The notes below the pieces were generated by a model that did no database searches, was not told the origin of the DNA, and saw only the letters and a program-made list of their open reading frames with translations. From the IMG/VR virus record IMGVR_UViG_3300013099_000002, positions 1 to 64,000 of that record: a DNA stretch of 64,000 bases; one strand, written 5' to 3'. Of this stretch, positions 40,113 to 49,591 are shown piece by piece. The number at the start of each line of letters is the position of its first letter. Positions within the stretch are counted from its first letter, which is position 1. Both the position numbers and the translations under genes were made by a program. The DNA is from a virus.

Positions 40113-40140
40113 ATTATACGCATATAATTTTAATTGTCAA
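40113..40140 (-). promoter_or_regulatory. conserved early promoter
   Basis: TTGACA-16-TATAAT. Confidence 0.85.
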
Positions 40141-40152
40141 ATTTAATTTTAA

Positions 40153-40728
40153 TCATATTTCACTATTTGCAATCAATTGCAATTTTTCTATATCTTTAGG
40201 ATGTTTCTTAGCCCACTCTGTTAAAGCGGTTGCATTAACTTTAGGGACTTTTACATACCCCAATAAACCCAAACCAAATTGAGCTAAACAAAAAGCATCG
40301 ACCTCATTATCAGTCCCTTCTAGGTGCCAACGCTTGTAAGTTTCCAACATCATAACATCTTTCTTTACATTACCTTTACCAGAAACGAACTTTTTTAATG
40401 AAGTTGGGGGTATATCTAAAATAAGCACTCGGTATAAATGCAACGTGTATTTAATCACTGTACCCACTTCAACCAGCGTTACCAGTGTGTGCTTATTAGC
40501 GAACCCGTAGCCCTCAATTATGCAAACATCAGGCTCATACTTATCCAGTAATTCATAAAGCCTGTCTGCGAATGCTTTTAATCGTGGCATCCCTTTTAGT
40601 GTTGGAAAGTTCCATTCCTGCTTATACAGTAAATTTATTTTTTCTTCCCCGTGTTTCAATTCCAAGATAACCACGCCTGTTTTAGTTGAAGTATCCAACC
40701 CTAAAACAATCATGTTAAGTACTTCCAT
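40153..40728 (-). CDS. ruvC: RuvC-like Holliday junction resolvase
   Basis: LGLDTSTKTG, IIEGY, PTSLKKFVSGKGN..K, DNEVDA. Confidence 0.9.
   Translation of the reverse strand: MEVLNMIVLGLDTSTKTGVVILELKHGEEKINLLYKQEWNFPTLKGMPRLKAFADRLYELLDKYEPDVCIIEGYGFANKHTLVTLVEVGTVIKYTLHLYRVLILDIPPTSLKKFVSGKGNVKKDVMMLETYKRWHLEGTDNEVDAFCLAQFGLGLLGYVKVPKVNATALTEWAKKHPKDIEKLQLIANSEI
40168..40181. repeat. 14-bp inverted repeat, copy 11
   Basis: TGCAATCAATTGCA. Confidence 0.9.
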
Positions 40729-41180
40729 TTAGTGATATGTTCTGCTTCCACAAAATCACCCCCACCAATAATGGCATTAGTATAAAATCCAAATTCATGC
40801 TCATCATGGTTAAATACTCCAAGATAAACACAATCCCCATATTGAAATAGTACAGGTCTTTCTGAGTCCGGCAAATTAACCAGCCTACCTTCAACACTAT
40901 CAACCAGTGCCCATTCAGATTGCTCAGTAATATACCCCTCTTCAAAAGATTCTGCTGGTGAAAAGGATTTATACCCACCCTCATAAACAACATAATACCC
41001 ACCGGCTTCAGGTTTATGTTTATTTACATAATCCATGCTTAGTTGTATCGGTGTAAATCTGTCATCGGTGGCCTTAAAAAATACAGCATCACCTTCATGG
41101 AATATTTCTTTTATTTTCAAAGCCCACACTTTTTTAATGCATTGGTACTTTGGTAGTTCGCACATTGAGCCATCAGTCAT
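40710..41180 (-). CDS. conserved phage protein
   Basis: KKVWALKI...GGYYVVYEGGYKSFSPAESFEEGY motif. Confidence 0.6.
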   Translation of the reverse strand: MTDGSMCELPKYQCIKKVWALKIKEIFHEGDAVFFKATDDRFTPIQLSMDYVNKHKPEAGGYYVVYEGGYKSFSPAESFEEGYITEQSEWALVDSVEGRLVNLPDSERPVLFQYGDCVYLGVFNHDEHEFGFYTNAIIGGGDFVEAEHITKWKYLT

Positions 41181-41191
41181 ATTAAGTCCTC

Positions 41192-42118
41192 TTATGTTTC
41201 TTTTTTATTCCACGTTATTTGAGCTGGGTATTTTCCAGAAAAACACTCAGATACAACTGGGCAGGTTTTTGCCCGTTTACAAAATGAAGTATTACATACA
41301 CCATCAGGCATCTTGCCGTTACCCCGAAACTTTTTAATCAGCTTCGCCTTCCGTGTAAATATTAAGGTAGTTGAATCATCCCTATGAACAGTGAATTCTT
41401 TGAAAGGTGAAAAGGCCGCATCTTTCAACCCCATCAGTTTTAATGATTCATCTTTACAACCAAACCCTTTACACACGTAAAGAATATTAGCCACCTCAGT
41501 ATTTACCCTATCGTGAAGCTCTGTGGTGTCCTCAGCGACTAAACGCATATAAAGGTTTGTCCTTATCCGATGTTCGGCTAAAGGGGCTACTAACGCTTTA
41601 AATGCATCCGAAGCCATGGTCTTAATTTCATAGATTCGATATTTAGGTTCTCCGGTAATAATCAAGGCATCAATGCCGCCTGATATTCCAGATATTTTTG
41701 ATAAGGGTCTTGGTTCCTCATACTGCCAATTATGGTCAATACCAGATTTAGTAAAGCAATGGCCTTTTGTTGGTTTCCTACATAACTGCTTTATTTCACC
41801 ACAATTTCTGCATACCCAATTACCCACCATAATATCTTCAAGATAAACCTCATTGATTCGTCTTTGTAAATCCTCCCCATGGTGGAATGTGGTTCTAAGT
41901 GAAGTCCCAATAAATTCATCCCTTCGTTTTTTGCCGGTAATATCTACTAAGCAATATTCCCTTGGGCAAAATTCCTTATCCCCTTTAGTCACATCAGAAG
42001 CGTGAATATTATGCATAGGTCTTGCTTCTTGAACACCTGCAATTTTTTCATGCAAAATCTTCTTTAAACTAAATGCATTTTTGTTTTTTAGTTTCTTAGT
42101 TATTTTTAATGGCATCAA
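41192..42118 (-). CDS. Cas4-like PD-(D/E)XK exonuclease
   Basis: HASD..CPR; GGIDAL..YEIKT; C-terminal C...C....CP. Confidence 0.75.
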   Translation of the reverse strand: MMPLKITKKLKNKNAFSLKKILHEKIAGVQEARPMHNIHASDVTKGDKEFCPREYCLVDITGKKRRDEFIGTSLRTTFHHGEDLQRRINEVYLEDIMVGNWVCRNCGEIKQLCRKPTKGHCFTKSGIDHNWQYEEPRPLSKISGISGGIDALIITGEPKYRIYEIKTMASDAFKALVAPLAEHRIRTNLYMRLVAEDTTELHDRVNTEVANILYVCKGFGCKDESLKLMGLKDAAFSPFKEFTVHRDDSTTLIFTRKAKLIKKFRGNGKMPDGVCNTSFCKRAKTCPVVSECFSGKYPAQITWNKKET

Positions 42119-42131
42119 TCCTCCAACCGGC

Positions 42132-42383
42132 CTAATTGCCGTGATAGTTCCATATACTTTTCAACCTTGATTTTCTTTTCTTTTCTTCCATAATATCAAA
42201 TAAATTTAAAAGACAAGGTATTGTTTCATCTTGTGTAAGCATTTTGCTAACCGCCATGGCTTCGGCAAATTCCTGTGCAATATCACCTACTTTAGTTCTT
42301 TTAGCCAAGGCTATCAATCTAACAAAAACACCGGTTTTTGAATCATAATGCAAATGTTTTTTTAGTTTATCTTGAGTAATCAT
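42132..42383 (-). pseudogene. remnant of an HNH endonuclease N-terminus
   Basis: MITQDKLKKHLHYDSKTGVF..KVGDIA resembles the start of 60793..61254; no HNH core follows. Confidence 0.5.
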
Positions 42384-42778
42384 AAATCCCCTATGTTTAT
42401 ATTTTCTATTAGTTGAGAAAAAACATCTTCAGGAACCATTACCCATCGACCTCTTTTTAAGGAAGTGCCTTGAGAATCCACAAATTGAATAGATAAGGCA
42501 GGTGTTTTTCCAACTTCAAGAGCTTCTTGTGATACCTTAAGCAACCAATCCAAATCCAGTTTCATACTTCTATGAATAGTCGCTTTGTTTTCAATCTTGA
42601 ATTCCTTTACAGTAAAATCTGCTTTTACCCCCATGTTGCCACTACCAGCATGAAGTTTACCCCCCATCCTTCTAGCGGCCTTAACTTCTGCTTTTCGCCC
42701 GTGGTCGTTTTTCTTCCCTGTATGTTTTTTCATCCACGGGTTATCACTCACGCCAACCCCTCCTTTGTAGCAAACCAT
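42380..42778 (-). CDS. PD-(D/E)XK resolvase-like nuclease
   Basis: E..AA..GG..HAGSG..KAD..IENK. Confidence 0.6.
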   Translation of the reverse strand: MVCYKGGVGVSDNPWMKKHTGKKNDHGRKAEVKAARRMGGKLHAGSGNMGVKADFTVKEFKIENKATIHRSMKLDLDWLLKVSQEALEVGKTPALSIQFVDSQGTSLKRGRWVMVPEDVFSQLIENINIGDL

Positions 42779-42935
42779 AATGATACTTCTATGGTAGCTT
42801 CTTCTCCTTCACCATATTCTTCAGCATCAGTAATCTGGGATTTAGGTATCCAATGTTCTTCCCCATCATCTACCAAAAAAGCCTTTGGTGTTTCTCGTAT
42901 AACAACAACACTCATTTCTATAGTTTCGCTCATAA

Positions 42936-43991
42936 CTATTCCTCTGTTTCGGCATCCTCATTATCCTCTTCATCATCACCTAACGCAGTTTCAAATACCA
43001 ATTCACGTAAGGCTAAATTAAGAGACTCATCTTCATCAATATGCTTTCTTATTGATGAAATAGTTTTAAATTCCTGCTCCCCCAAAAACCAACTACCGGC
43101 TTTTTCTCCTTTTCTGATTATCCCAAAATCCTGCATATACTTCTTAAAAGTATTCCAATCATCCACATCACCGATAGCAAAACCAGTATTTTTGTTGATT
43201 GACATTCTGAACTCAAAGGACTTTGAAAAAATCGGTATCTTATATTTCTTTACGATACCGGAACATATTTTCCATGAAGGTAAGGTAGCATTTATTTTCT
43301 TATCAATTTCATCTTTACCATAAAGACGAAGAATCAAAGCCGCACCGTACCTAAAAGCATTTCCTCCAGGCATTGTTTCAGGGTCGCCATACATAACCCC
43401 AATTTTAAAACGTATCTGATTAATACATATCAAAGTCGGGTATCTTTCTTTTCTAATAGCGGTTGATATAGCCATAACAGCTTTACGGTAAAATCGCCCG
43501 ATAACCAAACCGGAACCACCCACCACGGCCTTCTCAGCACTACTGTTTAGCTCATTTGCCGTTACCATTGCCGCTAATGAATCAACTACAACCACTCCGC
43601 AATCATCAGCGTATAAAATCCCTTCAATCAAATCTACTGCCATTTCAGCATAAGTGGGTCGCAATAACTTTAATTTTTCAGTTTGCACCCCTAACTTTAT
43701 TGCCCAGTCTTTATCATAACTAGCTTCAATATCCACAAACACACAAGTCTTGTCTGGATTAGTTCGTTGGTACTGAGCAATAGCTTTTAATGCCACCGTT
43801 GTTTTAAGGCTAGACTCAGGCCCGTATATTATGCTCATTTTACCGACTGGAAAACCCCCACCTATTGCTAAATCAATAGGAAACATCCCTGTGTCAGCTC
43901 TGGTATATTCTGGTTGGTCGTGCCCATTACCTACAACAGCATCACCATACTGCTTATCCATTTCTTTTAATAGTTCATCAACAGAACTCAT
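42936..43991 (-). CDS. recA: RecA/UvsX recombinase
   Basis: TG...DLAIGGGFP.G; YGPESSLKTT; VVVDSLAA; INQIR.KIGVMYGDPET.PGG. Confidence 0.95.
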   Translation of the reverse strand: MSSVDELLKEMDKQYGDAVVGNGHDQPEYTRADTGMFPIDLAIGGGFPVGKMSIIYGPESSLKTTVALKAIAQYQRTNPDKTCVFVDIEASYDKDWAIKLGVQTEKLKLLRPTYAEMAVDLIEGILYADDCGVVVVDSLAAMVTANELNSSAEKAVVGGSGLVIGRFYRKAVMAISTAIRKERYPTLICINQIRFKIGVMYGDPETMPGGNAFRYGAALILRLYGKDEIDKKINATLPSWKICSGIVKKYKIPIFSKSFEFRMSINKNTGFAIGDVDDWNTFKKYMQDFGIIRKGEKAGSWFLGEQEFKTISSIRKHIDEDESLNLALRELVFETALGDDEEDNEDAETEE

Positions 43992-44005
43992 TACCTATCC
44001 CCCAT

Positions 44006-44019
44006 TGCAATTGATTGCA
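44006..44019. repeat. 14-bp inverted repeat, copy 12
   Basis: TGCAATTGATTGCA. Confidence 0.9.
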
Positions 44020-44020
44020 C

Positions 44021-44497
44021 TTATTCTTTGTGAGTTGATATTTCTGATTGTAGCTCTTCAATCTTGTCATCCACCCACGTTTTTGCAAATTCGTAAGTAT
44101 CTTCAATTTCCTCATGTGAGCAAGGTACATGAAGCGATACTTGCGCCTTTACATTTTCATAATTGCCGATATTAACGGTAAGCCCCAAACTTATACCCAC
44201 ATTTACTGTAGGCCCTACATAGTTTGAGGCATTGGCTAATTTAATCTGAATATTCTTCGTGGTGCCATCTGGATACTCAAGACTTACATTCCCAGTTGGT
44301 TCCTTCATGTTGAATATTTCGCCATCAGAAACTTCATCACCATCAACCAACAATTTAGTTTCCTTAGATTGTTTAGCAATATCTTTGGTTTCTGGTTTCT
44401 TTGCAACGGTTTTTTTCGCTACAGGTTTTTGTTTTGCTTTTTTCGGTGCTTCTTCTTCTTCCGTGGCGGTACTTTTCTTTTTTATTTTTACTGGCAT
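44021..44497 (-). CDS. conserved phage protein with basic N-terminus
   Basis: GLTVNIGNYENVK motif. Confidence 0.6.
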   Translation of the reverse strand: MPVKIKKKSTATEEEEAPKKAKQKPVAKKTVAKKPETKDIAKQSKETKLLVDGDEVSDGEIFNMKEPTGNVSLEYPDGTTKNIQIKLANASNYVGPTVNVGISLGLTVNIGNYENVKAQVSLHVPCSHEEIEDTYEFAKTWVDDKIEELQSEISTHKE

Positions 44498-44983
44498 TTA
44501 TTTCTCCCAATTATGGAACACAATTTTTGAGGCTTCTTTTAAATCCTGCTCGGCATCTAATTTAGCCCCACTCAATCCTCTCCTAATATCGGCAAAGGTA
44601 CATAATAATTTTACTTGATTAACAGTGTAGTATTTATTCCGTTTATCATCTTGAATAAAACCGGTAGGAATATCTTTATTTTTTATCCACAACCGGATAG
44701 TTTGTAGACCTCTACCAATTAAAGTACAGGCATCTTTTATGGAATAACATTCAAGGGTTTTTCTGCCGTGTAAATTTAATGTCACCACTTCAAAAGAATC
44801 AAACGGTTTTCTTGGTTTGGGTTTCCGTTTTGACTTCTTGGCATTTTCAAGGCGTACCTTTTCCCTATAATTTGGGTCGTTTTTATATCGTTCCCTTCGT
44901 TGCTCATTGAAATCCGCTTTATTGTCATCGTACCACTTTTTAAAGGGTTTCTTTTTTGGTCGTTTCTTAATTTTAACTGGCAT
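44498..44983 (-). CDS. MerR-like HTH DNA-binding protein
   Basis: YSIKDACTLIGRGLQTIRLW...IP.....KYYT..QV. Confidence 0.65.
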   Translation of the reverse strand: MPVKIKKRPKKKPFKKWYDDNKADFNEQRRERYKNDPNYREKVRLENAKKSKRKPKPRKPFDSFEVVTLNLHGRKTLECYSIKDACTLIGRGLQTIRLWIKNKDIPTGFIQDDKRNKYYTVNQVKLLCTFADIRRGLSGAKLDAEQDLKEASKIVFHNWEK

Positions 44984-45017
44984 TGTTTATCTCCTTAACC
45001 TTATTTCAGTTTTGACA

Positions 45018-45046
45018 ATTATAATTTATTTAAGGCTAGAAGTCAA
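45018..45046 (-). promoter_or_regulatory. sigma70 promoter of the HTH gene, overlapped by an inverted TTTGACAATT box
   Basis: TTGACT-17-TATAAT on minus; TTTGACAATT on plus at 45011-45020. Confidence 0.7.
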
Positions 45047-46386
45047 TTCTTTATCTTCACGGTGCAACCAATATCAGCATACCATTTTCTCCGGTTGTTA
45101 TAGTATCCTGTTAGTACGTTGCTACACCTGTCAACTACATCAAAGACTATCGGCTCTTTTTTGTCTGGGTATTCCCGTAAAATTCTCCCGACTATTTGAA
45201 CCACATCTGACCGAGGTGTTCCCAAAACTGCCGTATCCAACCATGGAATATCTGTGGCCTCTGAAGTCATGGCATAAGTTGCAAAAATCACTGGTTTTAC
45301 TTTCGCCCGTTCTCTATCCTTTTTTGATAAACCCCCCACGTAGAAAGACATATCTTTCTGAGGAATAGCATTCATCACACAAATCTCATAAAGCCTATCA
45401 AGATGCGCTTTCATATCTGAAAATACAATAATATTTCGACCTTTGGAATAAGCAGTTTTTATGAAGGTGCCTATCATTTTGTTTCTGGCAACGCTTTTGA
45501 TTAAATATTTATTTACCCCTTGGATTCGCCCTGGAGTATGCGGTAATGGAACCTGTTTAAATCGACCATTTACTTTTCTAGGTACCATTGGAAGCTTGAA
45601 CGTGGAATTAACTACCAGTATCTTTGGTATCATTTTCATTTGTTCGGTAGCAACTCTTACTTTACCGATATGAGCCGCTATAACAACGTCCTTACCGTCT
45701 TTTCGTTCTGGGGTTGCCGATAACCCCATTCTTAATTTTGCAGGCAATAGCCATGCGCTATTGCTGAAATGGTCAGCCGCCACCCTATGCACTTCATCCC
45801 AAATAACAAAACCAAAATCAGCCCATGTACTAGGTGCGTATTTTCCGGCCTTCGATAAAGATTGAATCATACCTATGCAGAACTTCTTGCCTTTGGTATT
45901 GCATGAATCACCTTGGATAATTCCAATTTCAGAATTTTTTAGTCCAAGTATCATTTTTGCGGCATCTATCCACTGGTCACGTATATCTTCTTTGGTCACA
46001 ACTATTAAGGTTTTACGCCCAACATTGTGAATCATCTGCATAGCACAAATTGTTTTTCCGAAACCAGTTGGAGCCCTAACAACAAAAGACTGTCCATCCA
46101 ACAATAAAGTTGAAGCTTCATTTACCACTCTTGCTTGTTCATCACTTCTGGGTTCAAATATTGAAGTAAATTTTACCGGTACCCCAGAAACTCTTTTATC
46201 GACACCCATAGGGCATACTTGTCTGGGTAGTAAAATTCGGTGTTGAGTGCCTTCTCCTATTTCCCTGAAAAGGGTTATCGGTTCTTCATACCGACTCATT
46301 AAGGAAAACTTCTTTTTTAGTAAAGGGGAGTATGGGTATACAGCCGCCTCTTTTGTAATCAATGGAACTTTATTAGTCCAAGTCAT
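45043..46386 (-). CDS. superfamily 2 helicase (UvsW-like)
   Basis: APTGFGKT, DEVH, GLSATPER, QIVGRILR. Confidence 0.9.
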   Translation of the reverse strand: MTWTNKVPLITKEAAVYPYSPLLKKKFSLMSRYEEPITLFREIGEGTQHRILLPRQVCPMGVDKRVSGVPVKFTSIFEPRSDEQARVVNEASTLLLDGQSFVVRAPTGFGKTICAMQMIHNVGRKTLIVVTKEDIRDQWIDAAKMILGLKNSEIGIIQGDSCNTKGKKFCIGMIQSLSKAGKYAPSTWADFGFVIWDEVHRVAADHFSNSAWLLPAKLRMGLSATPERKDGKDVVIAAHIGKVRVATEQMKMIPKILVVNSTFKLPMVPRKVNGRFKQVPLPHTPGRIQGVNKYLIKSVARNKMIGTFIKTAYSKGRNIIVFSDMKAHLDRLYEICVMNAIPQKDMSFYVGGLSKKDRERAKVKPVIFATYAMTSEATDIPWLDTAVLGTPRSDVVQIVGRILREYPDKKEPIVFDVVDRCSNVLTGYYNNRRKWYADIGCTVKIKN

Positions 46387-46477
46387 TTCTATCTCCGTAA
46401 AATGATTAGGGAACCCTCAATACCTGCAAAGGTGTGATGAGCTAATACCAAGAATCCCCAAATCAAAACCTTAAAGC

Positions 46478-47164
46478 TTATACGTCATCATCATATTGAG
46501 CTTCTTCATCATCATCATCAACATCCGGCTCCGCGCCAACAGTTAAGGAACCAAAGCCCTCATCACGAAGTTCTTGGGCTGTTTTGTAAGTCAAAATTTC
46601 TTGGTAATCATAAGGCATAGCTTCCTTATATTTTTTACCCAAAACAGATAATGTTTTCTTCTGTACGAAGTCGAACATATCGCCAACACTTGCCGCTTTT
46701 TCACCGATACGCGAAACTTCAAAAGTACAACCAAGTAAACCTTTACGCTTGGTAGCAATTTTTTGAAGCTGTTTCAGTGTTTGACGTTTGGCTACAAAAA
46801 GTCGTCTTTCGTCTTTATGTACTGAGCCGTCTTTTTTGGAAGTCCATTCTGAGTGGTCAATAACCGTAAATACGCCAACTAATGAAGGTGTATCTCCACC
46901 CTCACAAATAGGGCAAGGTTCATCCTCACTGGTACATGCATACCAATTTTGCCACGAACCGTTTAGATTTAATTGATGTTCCAGAAATGTAGTGTTGTCT
47001 AGCAGTCCATCTGGTAATAATTTACCGTCAAGAAATGTGATAGTTGTTTCAGCATCTTTTGGCATCCAGAATCTACGAATAAACCCCTCTTCCATTTGTT
47101 TTGCTTTTTCATCCGCAGCCGCCATTTGTTTTTGACTGGCCTTGCCTTTCTTCAAAAAACCCAT
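46478..47164 (-). CDS. single-stranded DNA-binding protein (gp32-like)
   Basis: H..C...CPIC Zn site, acidic tail; start moved to MGFLKK because the ORF-track start lies in the promoter -10. Confidence 0.7.
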   Translation of the reverse strand: MGFLKKGKASQKQMAAADEKAKQMEEGFIRRFWMPKDAETTITFLDGKLLPDGLLDNTTFLEHQLNLNGSWQNWYACTSEDEPCPICEGGDTPSLVGVFTVIDHSEWTSKKDGSVHKDERRLFVAKRQTLKQLQKIATKRKGLLGCTFEVSRIGEKAASVGDMFDFVQKKTLSVLGKKYKEAMPYDYQEILTYKTAQELRDEGFGSLTVGAEPDVDDDDEEAQYDDDV

Positions 47165-47235
47165 TGTACTTCTCCTAATATTACACCTGACCGGTGTTTG
47201 ATTAAATAAAGCTAAACTTATCGTTAGCTCATACA

Positions 47236-47263
47236 ATTATACATATAAATTATCTATTGTCAA
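47236..47263 (-). promoter_or_regulatory. conserved early promoter (SSB)
   Basis: TTGACA-16-TATAAT. Confidence 0.8.
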
Positions 47264-47497
47264 ATTAGTTCATTACGTGCTGTTCTATCTGTATGCCTGT
47301 GTAAAGTTTGTTGGAAAAAATATCATGCTCAGTACAAAGGTTGACAATTAAATGGCCTACAAGGTCTGTTGCAGAACCACCATCAACTTTTAAGGTTACT
47401 AATTGCTCCGGTTCAATTTGTGCAAGAAACCAAATCAACCGATTTAATCTAATTCCTTCAGTCACGTTCAAAGTGCTGAAAGGTTCTTCTTGTTCGC

Positions 47498-48472
47498 TCA
47501 TTTCTCATCCAGTGTTAAGTAGGGTTCAAGTGCTTCGTATATTTCCAGCTCGGTCATGTTTCCGGCATCATCCTGTTCTTCTGTTGGTATTAAGTGAATT
47601 ATTGCAGAGTTCTTTAAAAACTTATCTAAGCCCTCTCTTGCCATGTTTCCTCCTTTACCATAGTCGTACAAGGTAATAACATCTAACGCGCCTCTAATAC
47701 GCTCTATTTTCTGCTTACCCATACCGCAGGATAAACTGCACATCACATTTTTATAGACTTTTCGTATCTGAATAAAATCGAATACCGACTCACATAAAAC
47801 TACGGTCATTTCGAGGTCTACCCATTCTTCTCCAAGCCACGGTAATTTATTCCAATGATTATTGTATTTATAGGCATTATACGAAGGCGTGGTGCCTTTT
47901 AAGATTGCTCGCCCATGCAATCCCATCAACTTCCCATCAAAGTCTCTTAAAGGTATGCATACGCGCTTATATTTTGAATCGAACCTGAAATCAAGTTCGT
48001 GTATTTCTAGTGGTGTTAATCCACGGCTTTCTAGGTATAACAAACCATCCTTGAAGAACTTTGCTTTCTTAAAGGACTCCAAGAATGATTCGGCAAATAT
48101 CTTGGTTACAACTTTAGGTTTCACAGTCCCATTCTCATAGTCTGGAATATCAAGTTCGGCATTTTCATTTTCGTCAGCAATCAGTTGCAAAGCCGTAGAA
48201 AAATCATAACCCTCATCTGAGGTTGCCCCTTCATGTTTTAAGTCGATAACCATATCCATTAAATCACCATGGGAGTTACAGCTAAAACAGTAAAATCTTG
48301 ATTGTTCATTAGGTTTCTTTTCCACCCCGAATGAAGGGTGGTTGTCTACACCGCCTTCATGGAACCAAGGTGCAAAAACACAAGTGGCTAACACCCAATC
48401 ATCCCTGTTTTGATTTTCGCATGGCTCAGAGCCTAATGCTTTTAAAAATTTATGTATACGTTGCTCATCCAT
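47498..48472 (-). CDS. DNA primase
   Basis: Zn-binding region C..H..CFSC; TOPRIM CESVFD, YDY, DAG. Confidence 0.85.
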   Translation of the reverse strand: MDEQRIHKFLKALGSEPCENQNRDDWVLATCVFAPWFHEGGVDNHPSFGVEKKPNEQSRFYCFSCNSHGDLMDMVIDLKHEGATSDEGYDFSTALQLIADENENAELDIPDYENGTVKPKVVTKIFAESFLESFKKAKFFKDGLLYLESRGLTPLEIHELDFRFDSKYKRVCIPLRDFDGKLMGLHGRAILKGTTPSYNAYKYNNHWNKLPWLGEEWVDLEMTVVLCESVFDFIQIRKVYKNVMCSLSCGMGKQKIERIRGALDVITLYDYGKGGNMAREGLDKFLKNSAIIHLIPTEEQDDAGNMTELEIYEALEPYLTLDEK

Positions 48473-48890
48473 AACCGTTAGATATTCTCCATACAGTTGT
48501 TTTTCCTACACCTAATTTAGATGCAATAGCTCTAGTGGTTTTTCCCTCCTCTAATAATTTTTTTACTTCTGATTTTATTTTAGAAGTTTTGTATTTAGTT
48601 CTGGTGTAAGGTCTACGATTGTATGTTTGCTGACTAGGTGTAGCCCAGCGACAATTATCTTTTGAGTAGCCCTTACTGTTATCCCGTCTATCAAGAGATA
48701 ACCCTTTTGGGCAGGTACCCATATCTTCAAAGTAATTGGAAAAAATCAACCACCTATTGCAGACAGCTATACCTCGCCCACCATAATCTTTATCATTTTT
48801 ATCAGCACACCTAGCTTTCATTTTTTGCCATCTTGAATATTCAGGGTTACGTTTACCATTTAACCTTGACATACCGTGTGTTTTTTTCAT
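48465..48890 (-). mobile_element. HNH homing endonuclease with C-terminal HTH
   Basis: W.KMKARC..YGGRGI.VC.RW..SLDRRDNSKGYSKDNCRW; start at MKKTHGMS (GGAG SD). Confidence 0.85.
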
Positions 48891-49003
48891 AATAACTCCA
48901 AAAAAAAAGGACAAGTTGCCAGTACCCACTCATCCCGATTCTGAACATCACACGGTTCAGAACCGAGAGCTTGCAGGAATTTTACAATCCGTTGTTCATC
49001 CAT
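48887..49003 (-). pseudogene. orphan duplicate of the primase 5' end (38 aa)
   Basis: MDEQRIVKFLQALGSEPCDVQNRDEWVLATCPF versus primase MDEQRIHKFLKALGSEPCENQNRDDWVLATCVF. Confidence 0.9.
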
Positions 49004-49479
49004 TATGCAAGGGCATTAACCTTCACAGTTCTGGCATTAAGTCGCTCAATTTGTGTGACTGCTTTTATTTCATTTGGTGTCAGGTATTGTTTTAATTCAG
49101 TCAATTTAAAAGAAATCAGTTTGAGTACCAATGCTTCATCAATATTATCCAGCAAATCAATAATTCTTGACTTATCAGTAATCGTGGTTTTATTTCCCTT
49201 CATCCCAATATCAGCTAAATAATCATCAGTGGTTATCACCGCTTTTTTATCAGCATCATATTGCTCATCAGCCAACACCAATAATTCTGCCTTAGCAGTT
49301 GAATAAGTTTCCTGTAATGGCATTAAGGCTTGAGCGTGGCGTTCCATTGCTTTTTGAGTTACGCCCATCACATCCACCAATTCTTTGATAGCATCAGATT
49401 GTATTGCCGCTTTTGCTTTTGAAGCAAGTTTCTTTTTAGATGTGGTTTTTGTTTTCTTCTTATTAATTGTTACTGGCAT
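49003..49479 (-). CDS. hypothetical protein
   Basis: 158 aa; first gene after promoter 49538-49565. Confidence 0.65.
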   Translation of the reverse strand: MPVTINKKKTKTTSKKKLASKAKAAIQSDAIKELVDVMGVTQKAMERHAQALMPLQETYSTAKAELLVLADEQYDADKKAVITTDDYLADIGMKGNKTTITDKSRIIDLLDNIDEALVLKLISFKLTELKQYLTPNEIKAVTQIERLNARTVKVNALA

Positions 49480-49537
49480 TTTTGTTACCCCATTGGTTTA
49501 AGCCTCATTCCCGAAGTAGGAATGATAGCGTAGGTTA

Positions 49538-49565
49538 ATTATACATACATAATTTTAATTGTCAA
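49538..49565 (-). promoter_or_regulatory. conserved early promoter
   Basis: TTGACA-16-TATAAT. Confidence 0.85.
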
Positions 49566-49577
49566 ATAATTATTTAT

Positions 49578-49591
49578 TGCAATCAATTGCA
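49578..49591. repeat. 14-bp inverted repeat, copy 13
   Basis: TGCAATCAATTGCA. Confidence 0.9.

Noticed and set aside
48465-49003. Group I intron in the primase gene
   Set aside because: The downstream primase ORF is complete with its own N-terminus, and no non-coding space exists for an intron core
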